Positions 34,746 to 44,365 of a DNA stretch of 52,682 nucleotides are shown here, in pieces. The DNA is taken from contig MFZK01000017.1 of NCBI GenBank assembly GCA_001789395.1, forward strand, positions 1 through 52,682, read 5' to 3'. The stretch comes from Candidatus Roizmanbacteria bacterium RIFCSPHIGHO2_02_FULL_37_13b (GTDB taxonomy: Bacteria > Patescibacteriota > Microgenomatia > UBA1406 > HO2-37-13b). The notes beneath the pieces are model-generated. The model was not told the DNA's origin and did not search any database. It saw nothing but the letters and a program-made list of their open reading frames with translations. Position 1 is the first letter of the stretch. The number at the start of each line of letters is the position of its first letter. A program made the translations under genes and the position numbers.

Positions 34746-35675
34746 TTAGATAAAGACAACTTCTTCCTGTAGCTTAATATTATGTTTTTGATAAACTTCA
34801 CGTTTAATGTGAGATATCAGCTTCTTAATATCGTCACTTGATGCATGATTAAAATTGATAATAAAATTTGCATGTTTGTCAGATACCCTAGCTCCACCAA
34901 TCCTAAATCCTTTTAATCCGGACTTGTCAATTAACTCTCCTGCCGATCTACCATCTGCATTTCTAAAAAAACAACCTGAAGAAAAAACACCAAATGGTTG
35001 TGTTTGTTTTCGATACAAAAAAGCTTTTTTACCTTGCTCGATAACGGCTTGAGGTTTTGCCTTTTTAAGACGAAATTGTGCCCATATTACTATTTCTTTG
35101 GTCTTTTGTAAGATGCTCTGATCATAACCAAATTGAAAATAATCACGATTAACAATTTTGATCTCACCACTGGGATTAATTAATTTGGCGCTCGTGAGAG
35201 TATCACCAACATAAGACACTGGATTAGTCCACTTTGAATTCATAAAAAGCGCGCCTCCGACTGTACCTGGTAATCCTAAATGAAATTCAAGACCAGTCAA
35301 CCCGTCTTCTGCCGTCTCTTTCGCCAGTCGTGTCATTGAGTATCCTGAGGAGACCTTAAGATACACAACTTTGTCCTCTTCGCATACGATAGTCTTATAA
35401 ATATTTCTATTAATGACCACTAGGCCTTTTATACCTGCATCAGAAATTATCACATTTGATGTACCTCCAAGAATAGTGATGGGTAACTTTAATTTTGCGC
35501 TCGATTTAACTGCATGCACTAAATCATCATCCGATAAAGCCTCGAAAAAAAATTGCGCCGGTCCACCAATTTTAAATGTAGTAAATGGAGCTAACAATAT
35601 GTTGTTACGAACGCGCTCTTTTCCAAGAATTTTTTCCAATTGTTTATGTACATCTTTTGATATAGTTTGTATCAT
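34746..35675 (-). CDS. murB: UDP-GlcNAc-enolpyruvate reductase
   Basis: TTFKIGGPA, GLEF..GLPGTVGGA, SSGCFFRN, SDKHANFIIN. Confidence 0.95.
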   Translation of the reverse strand: MIQTISKDVHKQLEKILGKERVRNNILLAPFTTFKIGGPAQFFFEALSDDDLVHAVKSSAKLKLPITILGGTSNVIISDAGIKGLVVINRNIYKTIVCEEDKVVYLKVSSGYSMTRLAKETAEDGLTGLEFHLGLPGTVGGALFMNSKWTNPVSYVGDTLTSAKLINPSGEIKIVNRDYFQFGYDQSILQKTKEIVIWAQFRLKKAKPQAVIEQGKKAFLYRKQTQPFGVFSSGCFFRNADGRSAGELIDKSGLKGFRIGGARVSDKHANFIINFNHASSDDIKKLISHIKREVYQKHNIKLQEEVVFI

Positions 35676-35717
35676 ATTGCAATAGATGTTATATGATTTA
35701 CCAAGTTTGACTTGGTT

Positions 35718-37067
35718 TCACATTACGTCATTCATGGCTCTAATTATATCAGAATGAGCTTGATATATCGACCCAGCACCCATAGTTACGATCACATCAC
35801 CCCGTTTTAAAATTGTCTTGAGTTTGATACTCAGGTCGTCTATAGGACAGAAACTTATGTTCTTGAATCCTTGATTTCGTGCTTCTTCAACTAGTTGTGG
35901 ACTAGAAATTGAAAAATTCTTTGCTGCTTCACGTTTAGAGGAATAAATCTCAGTTACTATTGATATATCCGCCTTAGCTAATGCATTAATAAAACCAGAC
36001 TTAAATGTTTGGGTTCGAGAGTAGGTATGAGGCTGAAAAATAACCAGAAGCCGTCTAGTTGGATATTGAGCTCTAGCGGCTTCTATTGTGGCGACTATTT
36101 CCATTGGATGATGTGCATAATCGTCGTATAATATCGATCCAAAGTTTTCATATATTTTTTCAAAGCGCCGTGAGGAACCTCTAAACTCAGTTATGGCTTT
36201 TTTTACCTGAGATTCATCTTCACCCATAGATCGAAATAATGCCAAAACCGCTGCCGCATTAAGTCGATTATGCTTCCCAGAAATATTAAGGGATAAATTT
36301 TGCGCGTCGTCTAGATCGTAAGTATGAATTTCAGGTATCAATAGTTGGCCGGCGATTTTTTGTAGCAGAACATCGTTTTTATAATAAATAAGCTTGCAAG
36401 TTTTTGTTGTTAATTTTTCGAGAAAATTAGTAAAAGCATCATTGACCTCGTCAAGACTTTTATAAACATCGGGGTGATCAAAATCAATGTTTGTACATAT
36501 AATAATATCGGGGTTTTGATACATAAACCGTGGAGTATTATCTATTCCAGGCGATGCAACATATTCATCTGCTTCAGAGACAAAATAATCGAAACCAGAA
36601 AATCCACCTGCATCAAATCCTGAAAATGAGGAAACACCAACATGGTAACCAAATTTTTTACCCAGTTTTGCAAAGACGAAAGCGATCATTGCGGAAACTG
36701 TCGTTTTGCCGTGACTACCACATACAGATATCTTTACTTTGAATAGATTCATAACTTGCCCCAGGGCTTGAGCATGAGTCATGACGACAATATTACGCTC
36801 CATCGCTTTTTGTACTTCGATATTTGAGAGACCACCATGTGCAGCCGTTGTAATTACCAGATCAATATCATCATTAATATTTTGCTCTTTAAATCCGAGA
36901 CTAATGGAAATATTATTTTTCTTTAACACCTCATCGGTCTTGTATTCATCTCCCAAGTCTGATCCCCAAACATTTTTGTTCATTTTCTTCAATATCAAAG
37001 CCAAAGCCGTCATGCCCACACCTTTTATCCCAACCATATAGATGTTTTGAGTTTTTTGTATGTCCAT
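35718..37067 (-). CDS. murC: UDP-MurNAc-L-Ala ligase
   Basis: GIKGVGM, GSHGKTT, EADEY, DHPD, DDYAHHP, FQPHTYSRT, MGAG. Confidence 0.95.
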   Translation of the reverse strand: MDIQKTQNIYMVGIKGVGMTALALILKKMNKNVWGSDLGDEYKTDEVLKKNNISISLGFKEQNINDDIDLVITTAAHGGLSNIEVQKAMERNIVVMTHAQALGQVMNLFKVKISVCGSHGKTTVSAMIAFVFAKLGKKFGYHVGVSSFSGFDAGGFSGFDYFVSEADEYVASPGIDNTPRFMYQNPDIIICTNIDFDHPDVYKSLDEVNDAFTNFLEKLTTKTCKLIYYKNDVLLQKIAGQLLIPEIHTYDLDDAQNLSLNISGKHNRLNAAAVLALFRSMGEDESQVKKAITEFRGSSRRFEKIYENFGSILYDDYAHHPMEIVATIEAARAQYPTRRLLVIFQPHTYSRTQTFKSGFINALAKADISIVTEIYSSKREAAKNFSISSPQLVEEARNQGFKNISFCPIDDLSIKLKTILKRGDVIVTMGAGSIYQAHSDIIRAMNDVM

Positions 37068-37120
37068 AGAGTAAAAATAAGTATACGAAAAGCGACTTCA
37101 AAGATAAAGTAAAGGAAAAT

Positions 37121-37813
37121 TTAACTAAACACCACAAAATTTGTCATCTCTTTTTTTATCGGTAACCCATCTCGTCTAAAGGAATAAAAATGTTTTTCAT
37201 GACATTTAGTGCAAAACGGAAAAAAGTCAATCTGTTCTTTGTTTAAGCCCATTTCAATAAGTTGTAGATAATTAAGGTAGCTAAGGTTCAAAAATGGTTT
37301 ATCTAGATGGATATCGAATACGGATTGAGGATATGAAGCGAATTCTACTTTAAAAATCTTCAATCTCTCTTCATCAATGTTGTAACAACAGCTCCCAATT
37401 GATGGACCGATCGCTACTCTTAGATCTTTGATCATAGAATTAAGATTTAAGAATTGGCGAATCATTTTTTGGGTAAGCCTAAGTTGAGTTCCCTTCCACC
37501 CTTGATGAGAAATACCAATAATTTTCTTCTTTTTATCTGCATATATTATCGGGACACAATCGGCTGTTTGTACTGTAATAACAACGTGTTTATCATTAGT
37601 ATACATACCATCACCCTCTTCTTGCTTATTTAAATAATTAAAACATACAATCTTATCGGAGTGAATTTGCTTTAACTGAAAAATTCTACGATCTCGTCCG
37701 ACTATTTGTTTTAATTTAGTTTTTTTTGTCCCAAAACCCGAAAAAAAATCGTTGTCATTAATCTTTGTTGAAAAATATATACCTATTTTTTTATCGTAGA
37801 TCATCATGATCAA
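37121..37813 (-). CDS. pgeF: PgeF/YfiH/YlmD peptidoglycan editing factor (purine nucleoside phosphorylase family)
   Basis: QIHS, TADCVPI, HQGWKG, GPSI..CCY, CTKC...FYSFRR. Confidence 0.9.
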   Translation of the reverse strand: MIMMIYDKKIGIYFSTKINDNDFFSGFGTKKTKLKQIVGRDRRIFQLKQIHSDKIVCFNYLNKQEEGDGMYTNDKHVVITVQTADCVPIIYADKKKKIIGISHQGWKGTQLRLTQKMIRQFLNLNSMIKDLRVAIGPSIGSCCYNIDEERLKIFKVEFASYPQSVFDIHLDKPFLNLSYLNYLQLIEMGLNKEQIDFFPFCTKCHEKHFYSFRRDGLPIKKEMTNFVVFS

Positions 37814-39017
37814 TACTATTAGAGTGCAATTTATGTAGAGCCTGTTCTACAGCATTAAATTCATCCCATGGATATTCTTTTTCACCTCGGGCAAGACTTT
37901 TTTCGTGACTTTTACCTGTGGTAATAACTACATCATCTTTTTTAGCCGTTTTTATCGCTAAAGAAATAGCATCTTCTCGATTATGAACTATACAATATGT
38001 TTTGTTTGGCTGATTTGAAAAGTCATTTACATTGTCTTTAAGGAATCCTCTTAACTCAAGACCACTACCAATTTCTACACAAATTTTATCAACATCCTCT
38101 GTTCGATAATCCTCCTCAGTCAATATAACAAGATCGGCAAATCGACCACTGGCCAGCCCCATCGCTTGTCTTTTCTTAAAATCGCGTAGTCCCGCAGATC
38201 CAAAAACATGGATAATTCTACCTTTTGGCTCATATTCATGTTTTACAGCTGCTAAAACGTTAAAAATCGCATTTGGAGTATGAGCAAAATCTATAATGAC
38301 TTTAAAGTCTTTATCATATACAACATCCATCCTTCCTTGTGGTAACTTGAAATTATTTATAGCACTGACAATTAGTCGCTCCTCAAGTCCTAGCTCTCGA
38401 CATGCCGCAAATGCAGCCAGAATATTTTGCTTATTATACTGACCGGTGATTTGAGAAGACAGAGAAGATTTCCAAATATAGTCACCGTCTCCTGATAAAC
38501 AATATTTAATAAGTTCTCGTCCCTCCATCAACTTCTTAATTGATGAGTATGAATCATCATCACGATTTATAATCTTATGATGTGATACTTGTAATAATTT
38601 AACTTTGGCAGATACGTATTCATTATAAGTTCTGTGATAATCAAGATGTTCGCGGGTGATATTGGTAACTATCCCCACCTCATATTTAATTCCCCAGACT
38701 CGATTTTGATCTAATGCATGCGACGTTGTCTCTAGAACCACATACTCTATACCTTGATCAACTGCAGCTTTTAGAAATTTTTGTGTCTCCCATGCGCGTG
38801 GTGTTGTCGTATGTAATCCTGGCGCCGAGATACTTGAAATCATCGTCGCTTTTTTACCGGCTTGAGTCAATATGTGATGAATCAGATGAGTAGTTGTCGT
38901 TTTTCCATCAGTTCCGGTGACACCAATAATTTTTAAGGATCGACTCGGGAACCCGAAACAAATATTAGCTACAACTGCTTCAAAAAGATGGAAATAATTT
39001 TTTATTTGTTGTCTCAT
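37791..39017 (-). CDS. murE: MurE ligase, short form lacking the usual N-terminal domain
   Basis: GVTGTDGKTTT, TTP, ETTSHALDQ.RV, EHLDYH, DFAHTP, GLRD..KR..MG. Confidence 0.9.
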   Translation of the reverse strand: MRQQIKNYFHLFEAVVANICFGFPSRSLKIIGVTGTDGKTTTTHLIHHILTQAGKKATMISSISAPGLHTTTPRAWETQKFLKAAVDQGIEYVVLETTSHALDQNRVWGIKYEVGIVTNITREHLDYHRTYNEYVSAKVKLLQVSHHKIINRDDDSYSSIKKLMEGRELIKYCLSGDGDYIWKSSLSSQITGQYNKQNILAAFAACRELGLEERLIVSAINNFKLPQGRMDVVYDKDFKVIIDFAHTPNAIFNVLAAVKHEYEPKGRIIHVFGSAGLRDFKKRQAMGLASGRFADLVILTEEDYRTEDVDKICVEIGSGLELRGFLKDNVNDFSNQPNKTYCIVHNREDAISLAIKTAKKDDVVITTGKSHEKSLARGEKEYPWDEFNAVEQALHKLHSNSIDHDDLR

Positions 39018-39056
39018 AAATTCTTGTATTTCTAACTATATATTTTGATACGTATC

Positions 39057-40712
39057 TTACTCTGGTGCGATGTTATAGTATAACAAAAGCTCATTTAAAA
39101 TCTCAAAAAAAACCGGCGCTGCTGTTTCTGAACCCCATGGTGAAGTTTGGGGTTCACGATATACAACTAGAATTATTAATTGGGGGTCTTCAACAGGAGT
39201 AAATCCAACAAATGAAGCAATAGTTTTTGAAGGATCATAATGTCCAGCGATTGCAACTTGAGCAGTTCCAGTTTTACCACCGATTTTATAACCTGCTGGA
39301 CGTTTCCATTTTACTTCTGCATTTTCAACTGTCTTTTGTAACATGTTCTTAATTACAATTGATGTTCGCCTACTTATCACCCTATCTACAATTGCAGGTT
39401 GAGTCGTTTTTGTTATTTTACCTTTCATTTTTGATACAACATACGGTCTCATTAAATTGCCTCCATTTATCAAAGCGGCAAATGAAGTAATCATTCTTAT
39501 TGGAGTAACAGCCAAACCTTGTCCAAAAGTCGCAGTCGCATAATCGACGTCATACCATTGAGATTTTGGTTTGAGAATTCCCGAGATCTCTCCTTGAAGA
39601 TCAATTCCTGTCTTTTTTTCAACGCCAAATTTATCTAAATAATCTATTAACTTTTCATTCCCTAGTCTACTTCCGATAAAAACCATCCCTACATTGGATG
39701 ATTTTTCTAGTATTCTCGTCATAGAAATTTCTCCCTCATATTTATTGTCCCAAGTTTGAATTTCATACCCGCCAACATTGATAGAGCCCGTTTCGTTATA
39801 AACATCTGTGGGTTTAATGGACTCACTATTCAATGCCGAAGCCATAATTATAGGTTTCCAGATTGATCCAGGTTCATAAAGCGAAGATACAGCTGGATTT
39901 TTATATATTTCTTCACTTGAAGATTGATAATTTGTAGGATCATAATCAGGTAAACATGACATCGCGATAATTTCCATAGTTTTTGGATTTGCAACTATAG
40001 CACAACCTCCCTTAGCTTTATAGCGATTAAGTCCTGCTAATAAATTTTTCTTGACGATATATTGAACATTTTTATCAAGAGTCAGTATCAAATCACGTCC
40101 ATTCTCTCCTCGCAGTAAATTTTGAACACCGACTAGAATCGGATTGCCAAGTAAGTCTCTCTCTGTCTTAACAATACCAGGTAGTCCAGCCAAATCTTTT
40201 TCATAAAAACCTTCTATACCAAAATAACCAACATTGTCTCCTACATCATTCTTACCCACAAATCCCATGATATGAGCGCTTAAGGAGCTTTCTGGATAAA
40301 ATACCCTTTGTCTTTCCTCAAACCCCAACCCAACAATTTTTTCACTCTCTATCTTTTTTTTTTGTTCTTGCGAAATACCGTCTCCGATAGCTATCCACGA
40401 CTTATCAGTGTTTAGTTTTGCCGAAATAGTTGTTTCTCCGATTTGTGTAATTGAATCGATTTTTTTTACAATTGACTCTTTGTCAATGATTTTTTTGGGC
40501 TCAGCAAAGAGCAAGTAGGTTATTTCATTAAACGCAAGAGGTCGAGACGAATGATCAAATATGGCACCTCGAAAAGGCTGAATTTTTTGCGTTTTTAAAT
40601 ATATATTGCCAGTGTATTTATCTGAAAAGACAACTTGAATTATAAATAATTTAATAATGACAGCTAATAGAAGTAGAAAATAAGCAGCAAGTATTATTCT
40701 TAACCTAGTCAT
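39057..40712 (-). CDS. ftsI: Class B penicillin-binding protein (FtsI-like)
   Basis: RGAIFD, YEPGSIWK (SxxK), SSN (SxN), GKTGTAQ. Confidence 0.9.
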   Translation of the reverse strand: MTRLRIILAAYFLLLLAVIIKLFIIQVVFSDKYTGNIYLKTQKIQPFRGAIFDHSSRPLAFNEITYLLFAEPKKIIDKESIVKKIDSITQIGETTISAKLNTDKSWIAIGDGISQEQKKKIESEKIVGLGFEERQRVFYPESSLSAHIMGFVGKNDVGDNVGYFGIEGFYEKDLAGLPGIVKTERDLLGNPILVGVQNLLRGENGRDLILTLDKNVQYIVKKNLLAGLNRYKAKGGCAIVANPKTMEIIAMSCLPDYDPTNYQSSSEEIYKNPAVSSLYEPGSIWKPIIMASALNSESIKPTDVYNETGSINVGGYEIQTWDNKYEGEISMTRILEKSSNVGMVFIGSRLGNEKLIDYLDKFGVEKKTGIDLQGEISGILKPKSQWYDVDYATATFGQGLAVTPIRMITSFAALINGGNLMRPYVVSKMKGKITKTTQPAIVDRVISRRTSIVIKNMLQKTVENAEVKWKRPAGYKIGGKTGTAQVAIAGHYDPSKTIASFVGFTPVEDPQLIILVVYREPQTSPWGSETAAPVFFEILNELLLYYNIAPE

Positions 40713-40989
40713 GATCTAGTATAAAAGCATAATGAAGCTGTTTTAGATATACTGGGTTACTAATCTTCGAAAACCCATATTTCACGGCAAGTTTGGTAAG
40801 ATTTTCAAGTGAATAATTATTCGCTAATTGTTTTTCAAGTGAAATATTTTCAATACGCAGTTGTTTAGTATCTTTTTCCAACTTTAACATTTGATCACTT
40901 AAAACAGTAGTCTTTGTATAGAGGAACATATTGATAACTAATAGAATTAGCAAACAACCCGATAATATTTTATTTAGAGATATTTTCAT
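40705..40989 (-). CDS. ftsL: FtsL-like protein
   Basis: TM plus leucine-zipper coiled coil, between rsmH and ftsI. Confidence 0.65.
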   Translation of the reverse strand: MKISLNKILSGCLLILLVINMFLYTKTTVLSDQMLKLEKDTKQLRIENISLEKQLANNYSLENLTKLAVKYGFSKISNPVYLKQLHYAFILDHD

Positions 40990-41825
40990 GATGTTGCCTT
41001 TGATACAACTCTTAGCAATGCTGTTTTTTCAAATCTATTATTACTTCTCGATCTAATTGGTCTCTGTGTTTTGAGTTCTGTTTTTTTCTTAAATATATCT
41101 TTGACAAACCGATCTTCAGTCTGATTAAAAGAAATAATTAACAATCTACCACTCGGCTTTAAAACATTAAGCGCTCCATCAATACCTTTCTCGATATTTG
41201 TTAACTCATCATTTACTCTCATTCGTAGTGCTTGAAAAATTCTTCTTAGGACGCTTTCACGCTTAGATCTCAAACTTAAACCACTAATAAGGTCGGTTAA
41301 ATCAACCACTTTATCAAATTTTTTCATATGACGGGCGCGAGAAATAGCCTCAGCAATTGGCCCAGAATCGATCTCCTGAGAATTCCTGCTAAATATCTCA
41401 TATAATTCATGCACGGACGAACTGTTAATAATATCCGCTGCCGTAGTCGTTAATTTCTGATTGATTCGCATGTCTAAAGGCTCTTCAAGTGCTAAATATG
41501 AGAAGCCTTTACCCGCGTTTCTTATCTGGTTCATTGATATCCCCAGATCAAACAAAATTCCATCAACCGGAAAAAAGTCATTTTCTCTTGCAATTCTTTC
41601 AATGTCTTTAAAATTACCATTGACCAATTTCAAATCTCCAATTTGGAACTTTGAACTTTGAACTTTGAACTGTTCAAGATCCCATTCAATTGCCAAAACC
41701 TTTCCTCCTCTTTTAATAATTTCGCGACTATGTCCGCCTTCTCCATAAGTCGCATCAATATATTTATCCTTATTTATAATTTTCAATGCATCAATTACTT
41801 GTTCTAACAATACCGGTGTATGCAT
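40986..41825 (-). CDS. rsmH: 16S rRNA m4C1402 methyltransferase
   Basis: HTPVLL, DATYGEGGHS, DLGIS, PLDMR, FQALRMRVNDEL, EDRFVK. Confidence 0.95.
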   Translation of the reverse strand: MHTPVLLEQVIDALKIINKDKYIDATYGEGGHSREIIKRGGKVLAIEWDLEQFKVQSSKFQIGDLKLVNGNFKDIERIARENDFFPVDGILFDLGISMNQIRNAGKGFSYLALEEPLDMRINQKLTTTAADIINSSSVHELYEIFSRNSQEIDSGPIAEAISRARHMKKFDKVVDLTDLISGLSLRSKRESVLRRIFQALRMRVNDELTNIEKGIDGALNVLKPSGRLLIISFNQTEDRFVKDIFKKKTELKTQRPIRSRSNNRFEKTALLRVVSKATS

Positions 41826-41842
41826 AAAATAGTTTCTAGTAA

Positions 41843-42256
41843 CTAGTTACTAGTCACTTGCTGGTTAATTTGTTTCAAATAACCTTGCCAGCTTTTAGTC
41901 TCCCAGATTTCAAAATGGTCTCCGACTCCAATGATCGTTAAAGTGCTTCTTATCAGATTTATATAACCAAATAAGGCTTTTGGTATCACGAATCTACCTT
42001 GTACATCAATTTCAATCTCACACGCTCCAGAAAATAGAAAACGTCGTTTGCTTACATTGTCAGTCTCCAGCAATGAGATTTTTGTCAACTCTCCCGCGCG
42101 ATTGTTCCAATCTTGCTTGTCATAACCGGCTAAACATATATCGTAACCTTTGGTTAATATAAAGGTGTTTCCTTTCAAATTCTCTCTTATCTTCTTTGGT
42201 AGTACAATTCTCGATCCTGCTGTTACCGATACTTCATATTCACCTAAAAATGCCAT
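41843..42256 (-). CDS. mraZ: Transcriptional regulator MraZ
   Basis: FLGEY, RIVLP, DVQGRFVIP, GVGDHFEIW; first gene of dcw. Confidence 0.93.
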   Translation of the reverse strand: MAFLGEYEVSVTAGSRIVLPKKIRENLKGNTFILTKGYDICLAGYDKQDWNNRAGELTKISLLETDNVSKRRFLFSGACEIEIDVQGRFVIPKALFGYINLIRSTLTIIGVGDHFEIWETKSWQGYLKQINQQVTSN

Positions 42257-42293
42257 TTATCACCAGTTTACATCCATATAGACCCACTGTCAA
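42257..42293 (-). promoter_or_regulatory. dcw promoter with MraZ-box-like repeats
   Basis: TTGACA (42293-42288), 17-nt spacer, TAAACT (42270-42265), 8 nt, ATG. GTGGG/ATGGA/CTGGT/ATGGC recur at ~10-bp spacing. Confidence 0.7.
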
Positions 42294-42376
42294 GGAGTCA
42301 AGGGAGTTAATAGACACTAAATGTAGCGATTTTCTTTATTGTCAAAAACTGCTATGATTATTTTAGGTGAAATTAT

Positions 42377-43798
42377 ATGTTTCTTAACGATATTACTGGA
42401 TCTTGCGTTAAATTCATCATATGCAGCAGCATATTCCTTTTTTTAGCCCTTGGTACTACTTTTGCACAACAAAATACACAGCTGTTTTCACCTAAAGTTC
42501 TTCTCGTAAATCTTGATCCGCAAGAAAACGGCAAATCGATGATGAGTGAATTCTGGAGCCATCTTTTTCCGGGTAAAACCCCCGATGAGGCTGCGGCTGA
42601 AGCTGCTTCCTCAAATATTGATGCTTTTAAAAGACTATCTAAAGACTCCATTAACTATCAAGTTGTAAAAAAAATAAAGATTACTACTTTTCCTAAATAT
42701 TTAAATGGTTTCAATTATTCATTTGCCAAATATAGGGAATGGCAATGTGCAGGTCCTGATCCAACAGGAAATTGTGAAAAGCAAAAATGGCAAATAGATT
42801 ATACGAGCTTAATAAAAGATAATAATATATGTTCCATAGCATTAGAAAATAATGTCGATGAAATATGGATCTCTAGTCCATCATATACTCTTGCCTATGA
42901 AAGTTTAATGATTGGACCCAAGTCGGGTTTTTGGGTCAATGGACCGTTTTATAAGATCGACGGTTGTAACAAAAATTACATGGTAGTAACTTCTGAATTC
43001 GGCCCACATCCCTTTACCCATGTTTATGCTCACAGGATCGAATCAACAATGATTTTTATGACCGAGAATTGGAACACTTCAGACAGACAAAAATACTGGG
43101 AAAATTTCTCTATCGTCTGCCAACTACCTATGGGAACCAATACAACACCCTGTACGATGACGTATTGTGGCTATGGACATATTCCTTCAAATGCACAAAG
43201 TCAATATGACTACAGCAATAAAAGTTATAAAAAATCAAGCTGTATCGATTGGAAAAATTTTCCTAACTTTACCGGACAAACAGAGAATCTTAATTGCGAC
43301 AAATGGAATTGCACAGACACAGATCCGAATGGGTGGGAAGAATTTTGGTTTGGCAGTTTGCCTCGGAGTGACGGTGAAATAGACATGATCAGCCGTTATA
43401 GCACTACTTTTAAAATGAAAAAAAATTGGTGGTATTATTTACTTTATCCAGAAAATGCTATACAATTCAGGCAAGCACAGCTATCCGTGCCTACGCCAAT
43501 ACCGTCAGGCATTCCAACAATTTCCCGTCCCACGCTAACCAATATCCCACCTGTCAATACTCAAATACCAGATGTACCGACTCCAACAATTATTAACAAT
43601 AACTGTCTTAGTAAAAAAAATGGTGATGCAGACTGCAATAACAGCATAAATTTAGCAGATTTTAACATTTGGCGAAGCGAATATAACTCTTCTACAAATC
43701 AACAAAATCCATTACTTAATAAAAGTGATTTCAACACAGATGGAAATATAAATTTATCTGATTTTAATCTCTGGAGAAGCAATTATTTTAAGTCATGA
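42377..43798 (+). CDS. Secreted Cys-rich protein with HxxxH metal site, PT linker and C-terminal dockerin-like domain
   Basis: Signal peptide; HVYAHRIES; GDADCNNSINLADF...SDFNTDGNINLSDF (two Ca-binding loops). Confidence 0.7.
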   Translation: MFLNDITGSCVKFIICSSIFLFLALGTTFAQQNTQLFSPKVLLVNLDPQENGKSMMSEFWSHLFPGKTPDEAAAEAASSNIDAFKRLSKDSINYQVVKKIKITTFPKYLNGFNYSFAKYREWQCAGPDPTGNCEKQKWQIDYTSLIKDNNICSIALENNVDEIWISSPSYTLAYESLMIGPKSGFWVNGPFYKIDGCNKNYMVVTSEFGPHPFTHVYAHRIESTMIFMTENWNTSDRQKYWENFSIVCQLPMGTNTTPCTMTYCGYGHIPSNAQSQYDYSNKSYKKSSCIDWKNFPNFTGQTENLNCDKWNCTDTDPNGWEEFWFGSLPRSDGEIDMISRYSTTFKMKKNWWYYLLYPENAIQFRQAQLSVPTPIPSGIPTISRPTLTNIPPVNTQIPDVPTPTIINNNCLSKKNGDADCNNSINLADFNIWRSEYNSSTNQQNPLLNKSDFNTDGNINLSDFNLWRSNYFKS

Positions 43799-43803
43799 AG
43801 CTA

Positions 43804-43820
43804 TCCACCCGACGGGTGGA
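43804..43820. terminator. Palindrome between convergent genes (possible terminator or repeat)
   Basis: TCCACCCG-A-CGGGTGGA; no U-tract. Confidence 0.4.
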
Positions 43821-43848
43821 CATTCCTTGGCACCCTACGGATTCGGTA

Positions 43849-44331
43849 TTAAATTTCAAACTCTTTTTCAAAAGACCTACTGCCGTATTCTCCATTAAAC
43901 TTCAACGCAACTTTAATGCTTTTTACACCTTTATCATACACGCATGCTCCTGAAGAACATGTTCCGAGCGTAATTCCTGTTTTTTCAACCTCTGTCTTAC
44001 CGTCAACTTCGACAGTCCCGATAACACCCTTTGGTAAATTACCATCAGCTAAATATGACATTTCATATTCAATATTATTTGTACTCTCCGGTACTCCTTT
44101 GATTGTCAATGACACTTCACGTTTTAATCTATCCGCTTTTAAATCAACTGTTGTAGAGGAGCCGACCGTCGGTATAATCTCACTTTCCGGAAGCAATTCT
44201 TCAGTCTGAGTTTTACTTGGTGAAACTTTCTTATTGCTTTTTATCAAAAAAAAACCAACGATTAACATTAGTACAATAACCACACTCACCAAGATTTTTT
44301 TGCTTTGCAAAATTTGATTTAATATTTTCAT
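43849..44331 (-). CDS. Membrane-anchored hypothetical protein (LGTCSSGACVYD motif)
   Basis: N-terminal TM, beta-rich domain with a Cys pair. Confidence 0.7.
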   Translation of the reverse strand: MKILNQILQSKKILVSVVIVLMLIVGFFLIKSNKKVSPSKTQTEELLPESEIIPTVGSSTTVDLKADRLKREVSLTIKGVPESTNNIEYEMSYLADGNLPKGVIGTVEVDGKTEVEKTGITLGTCSSGACVYDKGVKSIKVALKFNGEYGSRSFEKEFEI

Positions 44332-44365
44332 ATTTTAATGAATTAACGTTATGACTATATAAAAA

